Shown in pieces: positions 35,349 to 46,600 of a DNA stretch of 58,991 nt. A model generated the notes under the pieces. It did no database searches and was not told the origin of the DNA. It saw nothing but the letters and a program-made list of their open reading frames with translations. The number at the start of each line of letters is the position of its first letter. The stretch's first letter is position 1. The position numbers and the translations under genes were made by a program. The stretch lies in IMG/VR virus record IMGVR_UViG_3300008263_000034, positions 1 through 58,991 of that record; one strand, given 5' to 3'. Source of the stretch: a virus. Its lineage: Duplodnaviria > Caudoviricetes.

Positions 35349-37154
35349 ATGGGCCGACCAAGAAAATACGACCCCGACAAGGTCTCAACCTCCGTGCTGG
35401 AGCCGCGCATAGATCCCGCTACAAACAAAATGGATGTTGGGGGTTTCTTAATCCCTGTAACCAATACCCTTACCGCTCTGTTGTGGGGTTTTGCTAACCA
35501 TCCGTCCAACAAGGCGAAGGAGTTCTATTTCTGGCGCGTAGCGGATTTGCTATGGAACAGGGACGATCTGCCTGAACACATGTTCCTCAAGCATCCGTGG
35601 GCGGAGCAGATTATCCGTGAGTGTATAGATAACAAGTATCTTGCTGTCGGCGGTGCAGCATCGAGTGGTAAGAGCCACACCCTAGCTGGCTACGGTATTG
35701 TCACATGGCTGGCGAGACCGCGTGATACCCTTGTCCTAATGACATCGACCACATTGCGTGAGGCTCGTAAGCGGATCTGGGGTTCGGTAATCTCTCTACT
35801 GTCTGTCATTGACGGTGCCCCGATCAACATTCGGGATTCGATTGGCAGTGCTAACTACATCGACGAGAACGGACAGACCTTCGATAGAGCGGGTCTTTCG
35901 CTTATCGCTGCGGAGAAAAGCCGCACACGTGAGGCTATCGGTAAATTCATTGGTCTCAAACAAAAACACGTTCTCCTAATCGGTGACGAATTAGGAGAAC
36001 TCAGTGAGGCTATCCAACAAGCCGCACTTGCCAACTTAAGTAAGAACCCTCGTTTCGAGTTCAAAGGTCTGTCCAACCCTGCAAGTCGCTTCGATTCGTT
36101 CGGTATCTGGTCTACACCAAAAGAAGGATGGGAGTCCATTACGCCAGACGTAGACGACGAATGGGTTACGAAGTGGGGCGGCAAGTACATTCGACTGGAC
36201 GGTGAACGCAGCCCCAACGTGGCGGCTGGCTACACGGTATACCCGTTCTTGCCTACCATCGAGAAGATCGCAGAAGATAAGGCGCTGTTAGGTGAGACTA
36301 GCCGTGCATACATGCGAATGGTTCGTGCTGTGTTCTTTGATAGCGATGAGGCGGAAGGTATCTACGGTGAGTCCGAGATACTCAAGGCGAACGGTATGAA
36401 GAGATCTGAGTTTATCGGACCTACTACGCTAATTGCAGGAGTCGATCCAGCGTTCACCAACGGCGGAGACAGGACGGTCATGTACACCGCTAAGGTCGGT
36501 CAGTTCGCGGACGGACAATATGGTATGCAGTTCGAGGAATACATAAGCCTAAACGATGATGCGACTAACAAAGCAGTGCCGAGGACGTATCAGATCGTTC
36601 ACCAAATTCGAGACACCTGTATACGATTAGGGATCAAACCAGAGAACGTTGCCATCGACTCAACTGGAGCGGGCTCGCCGTTCTGTGACGTTCTAGCAGG
36701 TGAGTGGTCAGACCAATTCCTGCGCGTGCAGTTCGGAGGAAAGGCTTCAGACAGGCGGGTTAGTATGAACAGCAAGCTAACTGGAGAAGAACTCTACACC
36801 AACCGTGTGTCAGAGCTGTGGTTTGTGGGCAAAGAGTTCCTACGCACTAAACAGATAATGGGGATCAGTGACGTACTGGCAAAGGAGATGTGCATCAGGC
36901 GATACGAGATGGTCAAATCCGGTAACCTGCGCGTCAAAGTCGAAACCAAAGCCGAACTCAAGCAGCGTATGGGGCAGTCGCCAGACATCGCCGACGCTGC
37001 ATTTATCGCGCTGGATCTGGCAAGACAGCGTCACGGACTTGTCGCAGTGGACGCCCCGAGCAAAACGGAGATGGGTGTGTTTGGTCGGTCGGCACCGAGA
37101 ACGATGAGAGATCTCGACGTGGTTAGCAGGTCGAGACACGCGTATCTGGACTGA
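35349..37154 (+). CDS. terL: Terminase large subunit
   Basis: Walker A GAASSGKS, Walker B LLIGDE, SNP coupling motif, nuclease AGVDPA...SPDIADA. Confidence 0.9.
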   Translation: MGRPRKYDPDKVSTSVLEPRIDPATNKMDVGGFLIPVTNTLTALLWGFANHPSNKAKEFYFWRVADLLWNRDDLPEHMFLKHPWAEQIIRECIDNKYLAVGGAASSGKSHTLAGYGIVTWLARPRDTLVLMTSTTLREARKRIWGSVISLLSVIDGAPINIRDSIGSANYIDENGQTFDRAGLSLIAAEKSRTREAIGKFIGLKQKHVLLIGDELGELSEAIQQAALANLSKNPRFEFKGLSNPASRFDSFGIWSTPKEGWESITPDVDDEWVTKWGGKYIRLDGERSPNVAAGYTVYPFLPTIEKIAEDKALLGETSRAYMRMVRAVFFDSDEAEGIYGESEILKANGMKRSEFIGPTTLIAGVDPAFTNGGDRTVMYTAKVGQFADGQYGMQFEEYISLNDDATNKAVPRTYQIVHQIRDTCIRLGIKPENVAIDSTGAGSPFCDVLAGEWSDQFLRVQFGGKASDRRVSMNSKLTGEELYTNRVSELWFVGKEFLRTKQIMGISDVLAKEMCIRRYEMVKSGNLRVKVETKAELKQRMGQSPDIADAAFIALDLARQRHGLVAVDAPSKTEMGVFGRSAPRTMRDLDVVSRSRHAYLD

Positions 37155-37197
37155 TGTTAATGCAAGTGTATTGCAAGAACTACACGTCAGAAAAGTC

Positions 37198-37303
37198 CAA
37201 AGAGTTTCTGGGATGTGGGTAATTCATAATAATTCAGTAAATAAGAGAATATGAATTACTGAGATAATATGAATTACTAAAGGAGAGAAAGATTATATAT
37301 AGT
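37198..37303. repeat. AT-rich iteron-like element, copy B
   Basis: Same orientation and internal spacing as 8267..8371. Confidence 0.85.
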
Positions 37304-37587
37304 CAAACTTTTCCGCTCACCTTCTCCCATGCTGGCCAGAACAGTTCGTCGAGTGCCCGCACGATCGGTTCCTGTGAGTAGGTATCGCTGTAAGCAACGC
37401 CTGAAAGAAACAGCGCCGCTTCGACCATCTCGTGCCTCAGTGTTTCGCGAAAGAGTTTCGCGTCTTTGGTTGTCTTCCTGTCTATTTCAATGACCTTCGC
37501 ATCAGGTAGATACTGCCCGTAGCATTCATCGAGGTCTTTCACCCGTATCGGTATCCTGTATCCGGCAATAGAAACACTTTTAAGCAT
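37303..37587 (-). CDS. Small zincin-like protein (degenerate HEMVE motif)
   Basis: YGQY...IEID...ETLRHEMVEAAL; likely start MLKSVS at 37587. Confidence 0.6.
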   Translation of the reverse strand: MLKSVSIAGYRIPIRVKDLDECYGQYLPDAKVIEIDRKTTKDAKLFRETLRHEMVEAALFLSGVAYSDTYSQEPIVRALDELFWPAWEKVSGKV

Positions 37588-37702
37588 CGGGTTTATTCTA
37601 CGGGTTAGTTGAGTAGGAGTCCAGTTAAATGACACAGGATACAGGTCACATGACCTAAAAAAATGTCTTGATTTTCTGACAGAAGATTGCAATATCTGCG
37701 GT

Positions 37703-37993
37703 GTGCCCGCCCAATTTAAAAGAACATCCAGCGGTAAGATCCAATACCGTGGCGAGTTGTTTTCTGGTTTCAACAAACCTAAGAAGGCTCCTGCCGGAGA
37801 CCCTAAGAAGTATGTCGTGCTTGCAAAAAGCGGTAGTGATGTGCGTAAATTAAAGTTTGGTCAACGTGGGTATAAAGATTTCCTGCAACACAAGAACGAA
37901 AAACGTCGTTCTAATTTCAAGTCTCGGATGAACTGTTCGTCCGAAAAAAATAAACTAACGCCCAAATGGTGGGCGTGTAACTATAACTGGTAA
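37703..37993 (+). CDS. Small basic phage protein
   Basis: FNKPK...KK..VL...FGQ.G...R..FK.R..C...WA...W family pattern; GTG start. Confidence 0.7.
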   Translation: MPAQFKRTSSGKIQYRGELFSGFNKPKKAPAGDPKKYVVLAKSGSDVRKLKFGQRGYKDFLQHKNEKRRSNFKSRMNCSSEKNKLTPKWWACNYNW

Positions 37994-38000
37994 GATCAAT

Positions 38001-39818
38001 ATGGGCACTAAGTACGACAAAAAGAAACAAATGGGTGAAGCCAAGAAGGCTGCTTTTAAAGCGGAGGAACTAGAGAGGGCTGGGGGTATCCCGATGACTG
38101 GATTGAATCCGCTCGGTATGCCTGAGTCCACTATTGGTATGTCTAAGAGTGAAAAGTTTTTTTCGGAAGGCAGAGCACTCGATAAAGTGCAACGGGAAGG
38201 CTACAAGACTTTCGGCGACAAGGCCACAGGTGAGCAGGAAAATAAACTGAGAGCGCTGCAAGGTCTCCCAGCGATATCGCACACACCTAAAGAGTTTACT
38301 GAGAACATCAACAAGTCCGTAGGTTTTGGTGGTAAGAGCGCACTGCTCGACCAAGAAGGTCGCGATAGAGCACTGAAGGGGGGCATCGGTGCTGGCCTAA
38401 GCTACGAGGAGGCTGATGCCGAAGTGACGAAAGCATATGATTTCCTGAAGAAAAAGTACGGTGGTAAGGATACACCAACTACACCAACCCCAACGCCTAC
38501 AACAACCCCAACACCTACACCAACCCCAACACCGTCGCCGTCGGCACCTTCCTCGCCTACACTACCTCCTGAAGTGCCAGTAGAAAAAAACCCTATCGTG
38601 CAGTTTTTTGATGATGCTATGACGAGTGGTACCCCCGAGCGAGCCCTAATAAAAGGCGGATCTCTGATCCTTAAAGGAACGGCGGAAGCCCGAGCCGCCA
38701 GAGCCGCTGCTGAAGCTGCTGCTGAAGCTGCCGCTAAAACCGCTGGCGCAGCAGGTGATGCTGCTAAACCATTTAACATGGTAGATGACGCAGCCAAAAC
38801 CGCAGATGAGGCACTCAAACAGAAATACAATTTTAGACCCGCTAGTGCTGTTGACGACGCCGCTAAAGCCGCCGCTAAAGTTGCTGGCGCAGTAGGTGAT
38901 GCTGCTAAACCATTTAACATGGTAGATGATGCAGCCAAAGCCGCCGCCAAATACGCAGAAACTTCAAAGGCCGTGAATGCAACCCTTGACGCTGCTTCTG
39001 CGGCTGCTCAGAAAACTGGGATGCGTGTCTATAACGCTGCCCTACGGGCAGGACAATCTAAAGAAGCAGCGCTTGCCGCAGCTAATGCCGCTGAGAACGC
39101 TGCAATCCAAAGCGCATACAAAGACGTAATGGACAATTACGGTAAATCTTTCGACGCGGTAGATGAAGCCGCAGGTGCTACTGACGAAGCCGCAGGTGCT
39201 GCTGACGAAGCCGCTAGTGTTGCTGACGAAGCCGCTAGTGCTACTGACGAAGCCGCTGGCGCTGCTGATGAAGCAGCCGCAGCCGCTGGAAAAGGAAAGG
39301 GCGCTATCGCTCGACTTGTCAACAAAGCCGCTAAATCAAGATTAGGGAGAATTGCACTTAAAGGTCTTAACGTTGGAGGTAAGGGGTTTAGGGTTTTTGG
39401 TAGAGCTGCTGGTCCGGTGCTAGAGATCTATGATGCGGCCAGATATTTTACGGGCGACCAAGAAGTGAAAGACCAGTATGCGAAGGACGTCGCGACCCTA
39501 GGACAACGAGTGTTCCAGCCCAAGTCCTTTGGCGAGTTCGCAGGAGGAGTCGGTGATGTATTAAGCCCGACTAAGAACGTACTCGGTACCGCTGAAGCAG
39601 TTAGACAGTTATTAAAAGCTCAGGAGGGCGCAAGAACCGCCGACGCTTCTCTTAAGTATGCGCAAAGTGTCATCAAGGCACAAAATGACAGACGGAAAGA
39701 GCTGTACCCTGACGAAGTTTTTGATAAACTACCGAAAGCACAACAAGTAAAAATCAAGCAAGCAATTAGGCAAGAGTTTAGCGACGCAGGTGTAAAGACA
39801 TTCGGGCGATATCAATAA
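38001..39818 (+). CDS. Putative internal virion (ejection) protein with PT and Ala-rich repeats
   Basis: 605 aa, first of three genes before the giant protein; TP, GDAAKPFNMVDDAAK and DEAA repeats. Confidence 0.6.
   Translation: MGTKYDKKKQMGEAKKAAFKAEELERAGGIPMTGLNPLGMPESTIGMSKSEKFFSEGRALDKVQREGYKTFGDKATGEQENKLRALQGLPAISHTPKEFTENINKSVGFGGKSALLDQEGRDRALKGGIGAGLSYEEADAEVTKAYDFLKKKYGGKDTPTTPTPTPTTTPTPTPTPTPSPSAPSSPTLPPEVPVEKNPIVQFFDDAMTSGTPERALIKGGSLILKGTAEARAARAAAEAAAEAAAKTAGAAGDAAKPFNMVDDAAKTADEALKQKYNFRPASAVDDAAKAAAKVAGAVGDAAKPFNMVDDAAKAAAKYAETSKAVNATLDAASAAAQKTGMRVYNAALRAGQSKEAALAAANAAENAAIQSAYKDVMDNYGKSFDAVDEAAGATDEAAGAADEAASVADEAASATDEAAGAADEAAAAAGKGKGAIARLVNKAAKSRLGRIALKGLNVGGKGFRVFGRAAGPVLEIYDAARYFTGDQEVKDQYAKDVATLGQRVFQPKSFGEFAGGVGDVLSPTKNVLGTAEAVRQLLKAQEGARTADASLKYAQSVIKAQNDRRKELYPDEVFDKLPKAQQVKIKQAIRQEFSDAGVKTFGRYQ
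39160..39285 (+). repeat. 21-bp degenerate tandem repeat (DEAAGAT/DEAASVA), about 6 units
   Basis: GA(T/C)GAAGCCGC..GTG.T.CT periodicity. Confidence 0.85.
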
Positions 39819-39824
39819 GATCCT

Positions 39825-40583
39825 ATGGCTGATAACGAAAAAACCGAAGAGAAAAACTTCTCCTATGAGGGTGACATTCAACCTCTGATGAATAAGTATT
39901 TCAGTGTGGCTGCTAATAGTGGCTTGAGTGGTGACGATCAAATATCGTTCCTGCAAAAACAGCGTCGAAGACTTGAAGGACAATCTGAAAGGGCTATGGA
40001 CCTTAAACTAAAAGAACTCGCTTTCGAGGACGCTAAGCTGAGGTTGGAGGAAAATAGGAGGAAGTCCATTAGCTCACGCGAGAACATGACGGCACTCGCC
40101 GCACTACAACAGACGTTAGATTACGGTCTGACGGAGGTACCAGAACCCCAACGACCTAACTATTTCGCTAGAGTCGGGGTTGCCAACGGTGCACTTATTG
40201 GTTCGGATGAAACTGCTAAGGCCATGTGGAGCAGTGTGACCAAAGACCAATCTTCCAGTAGGAGCGATCCTAGTGTGGATTACCGGAACAACATCCTTAA
40301 GGGGCTCGACAGCGTTAAATTCGGGGAGGATTATGCGGGTAAACCGACTAATAGTTTCGCTGACGTTGGAGAAAAAGCCAAAGTGGAGCGTGTTGTTACA
40401 CTCGGTACGCCGGAAGAACAACTACAGGCAGCTGAAATGAGCGCCGATGAACTTTATGGTCTTGCTAAAAACATCAGAACACGATATGACGCAAGCGCAT
40501 TAGGCGTAGGGAAAACAGCTACATCCAATACCAGATCTCTATTCTCAAGTAAAAAGGCTCCACCGCTGGTGACGCCACCTTAG
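39825..40583 (+). CDS. Putative internal virion protein
   Basis: 252 aa, helical, precedes the giant gene. Confidence 0.6.
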   Translation: MADNEKTEEKNFSYEGDIQPLMNKYFSVAANSGLSGDDQISFLQKQRRRLEGQSERAMDLKLKELAFEDAKLRLEENRRKSISSRENMTALAALQQTLDYGLTEVPEPQRPNYFARVGVANGALIGSDETAKAMWSSVTKDQSSSRSDPSVDYRNNILKGLDSVKFGEDYAGKPTNSFADVGEKAKVERVVTLGTPEEQLQAAEMSADELYGLAKNIRTRYDASALGVGKTATSNTRSLFSSKKAPPLVTPP

Positions 40584-40612
40584 ACAACATAATACCAAAC
40601 CAAATTACCACC

Positions 40613-43600
40613 ATGCTGGAAATTAAACAATTCGACGACTGGCTCGCAAACCAAGAAGAGGCTGCCGAACCAACAACAAACCTTAAGAACTACACGGATT
40701 ATGTTAGGTCTAGCTACTACAGCGCAGGACAACTAAACCAAGAGACTGAACAGGAGATCGCCGCCGGAGTTGCTGACCGTCTTAATAGTGATGGCTTGTT
40801 TACCGACGACATGTCCGAAGAGGACAAAAATAATTTATACTCTAGTGTTATTGGCGCGACGCGTAATGCAGACACCGACGCTCGCTTTGTGTTGGACTAC
40901 CTCCGCACGAATAGTGAAGGGCCAGCAAATGTCTTAGCAAACGAAGCTAAAGTCAGCAATCTTGCGAACTACCTTACCCTACAAGAGAAATCCCCATCTG
41001 AAGCGGAGGGCTTTAAGCCATATGTCGATGAGATCCTTGCCGACAAGTCACTGATAAAACGTGCGCGTATGTCCGCTGTCGATCGCGGGGAATATAGCAT
41101 CGCAGCACTCGACGAGGAAGACGGCACGCGCACCCTCTACGCTGGCCCAAATGCACGTCCTGAATCTATTGCGGGTGAGGTCAAGTCACTTATTGCGACT
41201 GGTGCTCTGTCGTCCGCCGACCTATATCGGGTCAACGATTTCGTCAAACCATTAAACGGTGGTCTGACCAATGGTGCTGAAGACTCCCGATATGAGACGT
41301 TCGCACGTACGATTAGTGATCTCGCAAAAAAAGATAAGGACTTAAATCAGTTAATCGAAAAAAATGCTTCCGATAAAATAGAGCAGAAGACAGCTGAACT
41401 CCGCACCACCGGAGAGAGTATATGGGGGGGAGTGAAGACGGTCATCAGTTACCCCTTTATCAAGGGAGGTGATCTTCTTCTTGACCTGTTTGACGGCGAA
41501 CAGAAACAGCCGAAGTATGCGCCCGACACAAAGCTGTCTGACGCGGTCGCTGGTAATAGCGCGATCAACCAACGCTTTAGCGCCGCTGAAATTGAAAAGT
41601 TCAGTGAGGCGCTTACGGACAGAGTTGCTGGAGCTCCTTATAGAGCCGACCGTCCTGAGACCGGAATCACTACCGACTCGATGGGTAATGTTATTCTCGC
41701 CCCAAGCCTTTTAGCTAATGTAGAGCAGTTTAATCAAGCTGTCAGTAGCTCTTCGCTAAATAAAGACCAGCAGAAACAAGCCTCTGTCCAACGTAAATTG
41801 TTATTGGAATCCGCTGCTCCTGACCTTATTCGGATGATCCTTGAAGAAGAACCTGAAGCGGTTAGCAGCTACGCAAAAGCAAAAGCCGATGGGCTCTCCC
41901 CTTCCGAGTTTGTCGAACAATATGTAGGTAATAATAAAAATTATGATGCGTTTGGTACTCGCTTAGAACAGTTTGGAAAAAGCGCATGGAAAACTTTGGC
42001 TGAGATCCCTTTAGGTATTGCCGCCCTTGCTGGTAATGAGTGGGCTGCTACGACGATGGGCGACATGATTAAAGACCAGACCAGACGTCAAGAGTTCTCC
42101 CGTCTCTACGGAGACGAGTATGGTTTGGGTTTCCAGATACTGAACACACTCCCACAGGTAGCTGCCGACATCGGCCTAACTATTGGAACAGCTGGCGCGT
42201 TTGCTGGAGCCAAAGCACTTGCGAAAACAGGCGCGGCGTCGGCGCGTGCTATGATCCGGAATGGTGCCAAGATGGCACTCTCTGAGATTGATGATGCGGC
42301 AGCGGCTTCGTTCCGTAAAGCGGCGTCCGCTGAGGGCTCACAGTTTCTCGGTAAGGCTATCACAGATGTTGGTAGGAGTTTTGGTAGCAAGTTCGGAGAG
42401 CTGGCTCCACTTGCCGCTGTCACGTTCACCCGATCAGCTGGCTCCTCATTCGGTTCCCTCTACAATCAGCTGCCGGACGACATGAGTCACGAGGAAAAAT
42501 ATAAGACCGCTCTTCCCGCTGCCCTTGCAATGGGCATCTCCACGTCTGTCATCACAGTGGGTCTGTCGGGATTGGGACTCGGTGCTGTTGAAGATATCGG
42601 CACAAACGTGGTTCGTAATAAAATTCTCGGTGGTGACACACTAACAACACGTGCTGCCCTTGAGGCTGCTGAGCGTGCTGTTCCAGTCAGTAAGATGAAT
42701 TACCGACAAGCCAAACAGGCATACCAGAACGCAGCTAACGAAGGCCGCATCCTTAGCGACAAGGCGTTTAACGCCGCTGCCCGCGCAGCCGTCACCAGCA
42801 CTTACAAAAACTGGTTGAAAACCACAATAAAGGGTGGACTTAGTGAGTCGTTTGAAGAGGCGCTAGACCAAGGCGTCGGCATGGCTATTGAGAACGCTGC
42901 TCTCGATCGGGATGCTTCGCTTGCTGAGAAGGTTGCACAAGTGTTCGATGCAGGACTTATTGGTGGTGCTTTGGGTGCAGGTATTGCTGGTAGCACCCAG
43001 TTCGGCAGAGTTCGTAAATCAGAACAGAGTCTGGTGTTTGAGGGCAGAGCATCCGCATTTGAGGATATCGCAAAGCGGCTCCGTAGTAACAATAGCAATT
43101 CTACCGCCGATGTATTGCAACGCCGTATCGACGAGGCGCGAGAGCAAGCACGACTCTCTGTCGAAAGAGATATCGCCGCGCAGAAAACTCAAGAGGAGGT
43201 CAAAGAACGCACTGTCGTTGCTGACCCCAACGAAAGACCCCTTAAAGGTAGACCTGTCTTTAACGAAGAGACAGGTCAGTGGGCACCCGCAGACGAGCCG
43301 TTCGACCCTCTGCTCGATGACATCCTAGGAGAGGAGATCGAATATAGTGGCTTTGAAGGCGTTCTGGAGCTAGACGCAGACGGCAGCTCTGTCGTCCTCC
43401 GACTCAATAAACCGTATACCACAGAGGGAGGCGGGTCAGTTGAGTTCATTAACTTGGGACCACGCTTCCAGAAAGCCTCAAAATTTACCGCCCCTCTCCT
43501 TACCATTGGGCAGGAGACTTTCGGCGTGCCCGCTGGCACCCCATACATATCAATGGGTGGTAAGAAGAAAACCAAATTTGCTTTTCCAGCAAAAGAGAAA

Positions 43601-46600
43601 GTGACCCCAGAGTCATTTGAAGTCTTTCGTGATGATGAAGGGAACGTGCGTAGCCTTATCGTTAAGGGTGGTCTCTCCCTTAAGGACGGGTCTACGACCA
43701 TGAATATCCCCCTTACTAACTCTTTACAGATTAAAGCTATAGCAGAGTGGTACGGTATTGACATTACGCCTAAACTGCCAGTGTCAGAAACCGCAGACGG
43801 TCAATTCGAGTTTGGGTTTGCTAACCGCAAGGATCTCGTCAAGTCGAAAGAAGAGTTCGGGTTCGTCGCCCCAGATGAACCAGAGATGACCGACGAAGAG
43901 CTAAAGGCAGAGACAGAGGACATCCTCGGTCGGTCATTCGCTCCTGTAATGGAGGGAGAGATGGAGCTCGTTACTGATAAACAGAACAGGACTAGAAGAA
44001 TACTTGAGGGGTTCGACACTCAGATCTCCAGTAAGCAGAAGAACCTCAAGAAGGTTACCGATACCCTCGCGCCACTCAAAGATCTTAGTGACAAGCAGTT
44101 GACCGGAGACCAGAAGCTCATCAAACAACAGAGCATTGATCTTGAGAAAAAAATCAAAAAAGAAATTACCGCACTTAGAAAAGCCAAGAAAGAGTTTAGT
44201 GAGGACGCGATCGAGCTCGGATCTTCGGCAACACAAGAACCACTAACTGCTACACCACAAGGCCCACGCGTGTATCGGAGTTGGGATGAGTCACAGAAAC
44301 AACTAGACCGCGATTTCGCTGAGTCCATCAATGGAATCAGGCAGAGTTATGTGGATACGGACGTGCCCGTTGATGTGGATCGTATTGAGAACATTATACG
44401 TATAGTACCACTCCGCAACAAGCTCGGCACATCTATTGCTCTCTCCGACGTCTCGATTGAAGAACTGGACGCCGTCGAATCAATGGCGGAGGACATTATT
44501 AGTTTTGCAGAGGACACCAATAATAAGGCTACGCCGAAGCAACGTCAACTAATCATTGATGACTACAGGGCTTTGGTTGCTCGGGTAAATATCATACAGC
44601 AGTACGCCGTTGAGCGTGAGTATGAAGAGGTTTTCGGTCTGGCGGTGTCGGAACTGAAAGCGTTACAGACGGAACCGGAACCCGAAGAAGAGGTCGAAAC
44701 AAAAGCAAGCGACAATGACACGCTACACTACCTACTCTCCAATACACCTGAAGCGTTTACCACGATTGATGTAAAACCATTTGCTGACAAAAAGGTTTTA
44801 GGTACCCTGAAAAAAATGGGTGTTGAGATCGGCAAGCAACGCCAAGACAGTGTAGAAACGGTAACGGTTACAGGTTACGATCAAGAGACCAGAGAAATAC
44901 TATACGAGAAGAGTGGCGTCACAGTGCGTGCTCCACTATCTACCGTCAACTTCGAGTCCCCTACTCTACGCACCGCCATTGACGCCGCGAGCACAGAAGT
45001 TTTTGATATTACGCAACAAGCCAAAAAAGAAATGGCAGCGATTAAACGTAGAACGGCACGGCCAGTACAAGACCGTGCGCGTGACTTCCTTATTAAGGTT
45101 AATGACTACGTCACTAAGAGCAAAGCATTAGACGAACGCCTTAAGGAAGTGGACAGAATGCCCGCAGCAAAGAGGTCCGCCGTCAAGCAACGCATCGAAG
45201 GGCAGCTGAAGGAGCTGAGAAAAAGTGCTACCAAATACGTCAACAGCGTTGGCTCTGTCCTACAGTCTGACTTTGATTTCTATAAAGACCTAGAGGAAGA
45301 ACAAAAACAGGAAATAGCTGCCCAGATCCGCCGCTCGCTTTACGGTGTTGGGGGATTTAAACAAGAAGTGGCGCCTAGAGCTAGAGTCAAAGCCTTTAAT
45401 CCAACGCCCGACATAAAAGTCACTAGGGTAGTATACGCCAAAGAGCAGTTCCGAAACGGCACGCAAGAGGAAGACATGCTTAATGAGCTAGTCGAAGGTG
45501 GTCACATCGTTAACCTGCCGGACACCGGAAAGGCCTTAGCCCAAGCTGGTCTTTTTATTACTGAGTCCGGTGTGAGTAAATTCCCAGCGTTCTCGCAATC
45601 TCAAGTTGAGTTAGTCGAGCAGGAAGGCCAAGAGGTAGCTGACACTAACGCTTACATCAAGGACAAGCACGAACTCCTTAGCGAAAAAGTCCTGTCTAAA
45701 TACCCACAACTCGGCGAGCTGGTTACCATTACAGGTAGATCCAGAACCAAAGGAACCATTGGTGATGATACCGCTATGCTCGACTCTATTGAGGTAGAGA
45801 TCAATCGAATGAATAGCGCTATTGAGAAAGATGCGCTACTCGGCAGAAAAGTACCTTCCGAGTTCATCAAGAAACGCGACGGGTTGGTGCAGCAATTAAA
45901 AGAAGCTAAGGTCAGAATAAAGGACGAAAGATATTACGAAATTGACGGAAAGAAATACGAAGTCGTTAATAGTAAAACGGACAGGAGTATTTACTTTCCG
46001 GTGGATAAAGACGGCCTGTTTGGTGTGTTCACAAACAACCCTAAGATCACAAGAGCGCAGATTGCGGCGGGTTATCGTGTGGTCATACCTGATAAGTTCG
46101 ATAGAGATCTGTTTAACCCATCGCAGTATACACGGGACGGGCGTATTATCGAAGGATACTATATGCCCCGCAATCCAGAACCATCTACCGTAGGTAGTTT
46201 CGGTCGCGTATCGAACCCGAGGATTGATGAGAACGGCGAGCAGATACTCGACGAGAGATCGAACTTTGATAGCACACGCATTGAGTTGTTTGTGAATAAC
46301 ATGGTGAGTACGTCTGAGATTCAAGGGAATATGGGGGCTTACTTCGCCACCTCATTAAGAGAACTCAATAAAATTACCCGCAACCTCCTCGCGTCGAAAA
46401 GAAATAGTGATTCAAGATTCCCTTGGTCAGAGACTTACATCGACAACACGGTATCAGACCTTACCCGAGGGTTTGCTGCCGAGTTAAATGAATACCGCTT
46501 GGCTCAAAACGTAGTACGGAGAGCCTTTCAGTCTTTGGAATTTCAAGATACGATTAAGATCGGGAAAGAGTTAGTAACTAGATATATTGACGAAGAGGGC

